This document shows, piece by piece, positions 46,775 through 47,542 of a stretch of DNA of 47,542 nt. Below the pieces are notes generated by a model. It worked only from the letters and a program-made list of their open reading frames with translations. It was not told the DNA's origin and did no database searches. The stretch covers positions 1 to 47,542 of the forward strand of contig JAHFSF010000001.1 in assembly GCA_023265875.1 (NCBI GenBank). The letters are read 5' to 3'. Source of the DNA: Gammaproteobacteria bacterium (lineage in GTDB: Bacteria > Pseudomonadota > Gammaproteobacteria > Steroidobacterales > Steroidobacteraceae). The number at the start of each line of letters is the position of its first letter. Position 1 is the stretch's first letter. Made by a program: the position numbers and the translations under genes.

Positions 46775-47542
46775 ATGGTGATCCCCCACGTAGACCAGGC
46801 CGCCGCGATTGCCGCGCTGCGCGGCGCCGCGCCTTACATCCGGCTCTACAAGGGCAGGACTTTCGTGATCAAGGCCGGCGGCGCCGTATTCGGCGACGAT
46901 GCCAGCACACGCGGCCTTGTCGAGCAAATCGCGATCCTGCATCACCTCGGCATCAGGGTCGTGCTGGTACATGGCGGCGGGCCGCAACTCGACGAGATGC
47001 AGCGTTCGCTCGGAATCGAGCCGCGCATGGTACGAGGACGCCGTGTCACCGATGACAAGTCGATCGACGCGACGACGATGGTGCTCAATGGGCTGATCAA
47101 TACGCGGATCCTTGCGATCTGCCGCGAACTCGGCATCGATGCCGTGGGTCTGTCCGGGGTCGATGCGGGCCTCGTGCGCGCGGTCCGCCGCCCGCCCGTG
47201 AAAGTGGATGGCGAATCCGTGGACTACGGATACGTCGGCGATATTCTCTCGATCGATACCACCGTGTTGCGCAAGCAGCTCGATGCAGGCCTCATGCCGG
47301 TTGTCAGTCCCGTGTCAGCGGATGATTCGGGTTGCGTCCTGAACATCAACGCCGATTCGGTTGCTGCCTCGATCGGGGCCGCGCTGGGCGCGGAGAAGCT
47401 GATCATCTGCACCGGCGCCCCAGGCATCCTCGAGCGACTCGACGATCCGCACTCGCTCGTCTCCTATACCGACCTGACCGGCCTCAGGAAGCTGGAGCAG
47501 GCTGGCAGCCTCGAGGGCGGCATGTTGCCAAAAGCCGCCGCC
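46775..47542 (+). CDS. argB: acetylglutamate kinase (amino-acid kinase domain; possibly N-terminal part of a bifunctional NAGS/K), truncated by window end
   Basis: Open frame to the window end, so it is absent from the ORF track. ATG 46775 follows GAGGAG. Motifs: FVIKAGGAVF, VVLVHGGGPQ, LNINADSVAASIGAALGAEKLI. Confidence 0.8.
   Translation, partial: MVIPHVDQAAAIAALRGAAPYIRLYKGRTFVIKAGGAVFGDDASTRGLVEQIAILHHLGIRVVLVHGGGPQLDEMQRSLGIEPRMVRGRRVTDDKSIDATTMVLNGLINTRILAICRELGIDAVGLSGVDAGLVRAVRRPPVKVDGESVDYGYVGDILSIDTTVLRKQLDAGLMPVVSPVSADDSGCVLNINADSVAASIGAALGAEKLIICTGAPGILERLDDPHSLVSYTDLTGLRKLEQAGSLEGGMLPKAAA

Overview
High-GC (third codon positions almost always G/C) chromosomal segment with a gammaproteobacterial core gene order, Xanthomonadales/Nevskiales-like by gene content. 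Note that the ORF track prints M for GTG and TTG starts, so many listed ORFs are over-extended; I trimmed starts using SD sequences and family N-termini. Gene order is: tRNA-Gly, CsgG-like lipoprotein, FAD dehydrogenase, secreted GH16 glucanase, FMN alpha-hydroxyacid dehydrogenase-trmB, marC-ampG-xthA, pyrE, DUF4124, dut-coaBC, radC, rpmB-rpmG, TonB-dependent receptor, mutM, coaD-rsmD, ftsYEX-rpoH, two tandem paralogous lipoproteins, gcdH, glycine-zipper surface protein, TPP enzyme, SPOR lipoprotein, GDPD-FGGY kinase, an operon of ABC-2 exporter + membrane-anchored response regulator + SCCPDH-like reductase + alpha/beta hydrolase, DUF1428, a decayed YciI-like gene, ydbH plus a fused ynbE/ydbL-like gene, yedK-yadH-yadG, a divergent FlhD-like/FlhC-like pair, nudC, an NRDE protein, and argR-unknown-argC-argB. 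I found no CRISPR, IS element, integrase, prophage or recognisable defence genes. The best candidates for something undescribed are three. (1) A non-flagellar, non-ICE FlhC-like regulator sits divergent from a protein that looks like a covalent tandem FlhD, and the two share an AT-rich perfect palindrome. (2) A 360-aa protein with a P-loop-like motif is translationally coupled to argC, behind argR and its ARG boxes. (3) A REC-TM-periplasmic-domain response regulator is coupled to a paralogous ABC-2 exporter and lipid-type enzymes. All functional calls rest on by-eye motif and family recognition; no searches were run.
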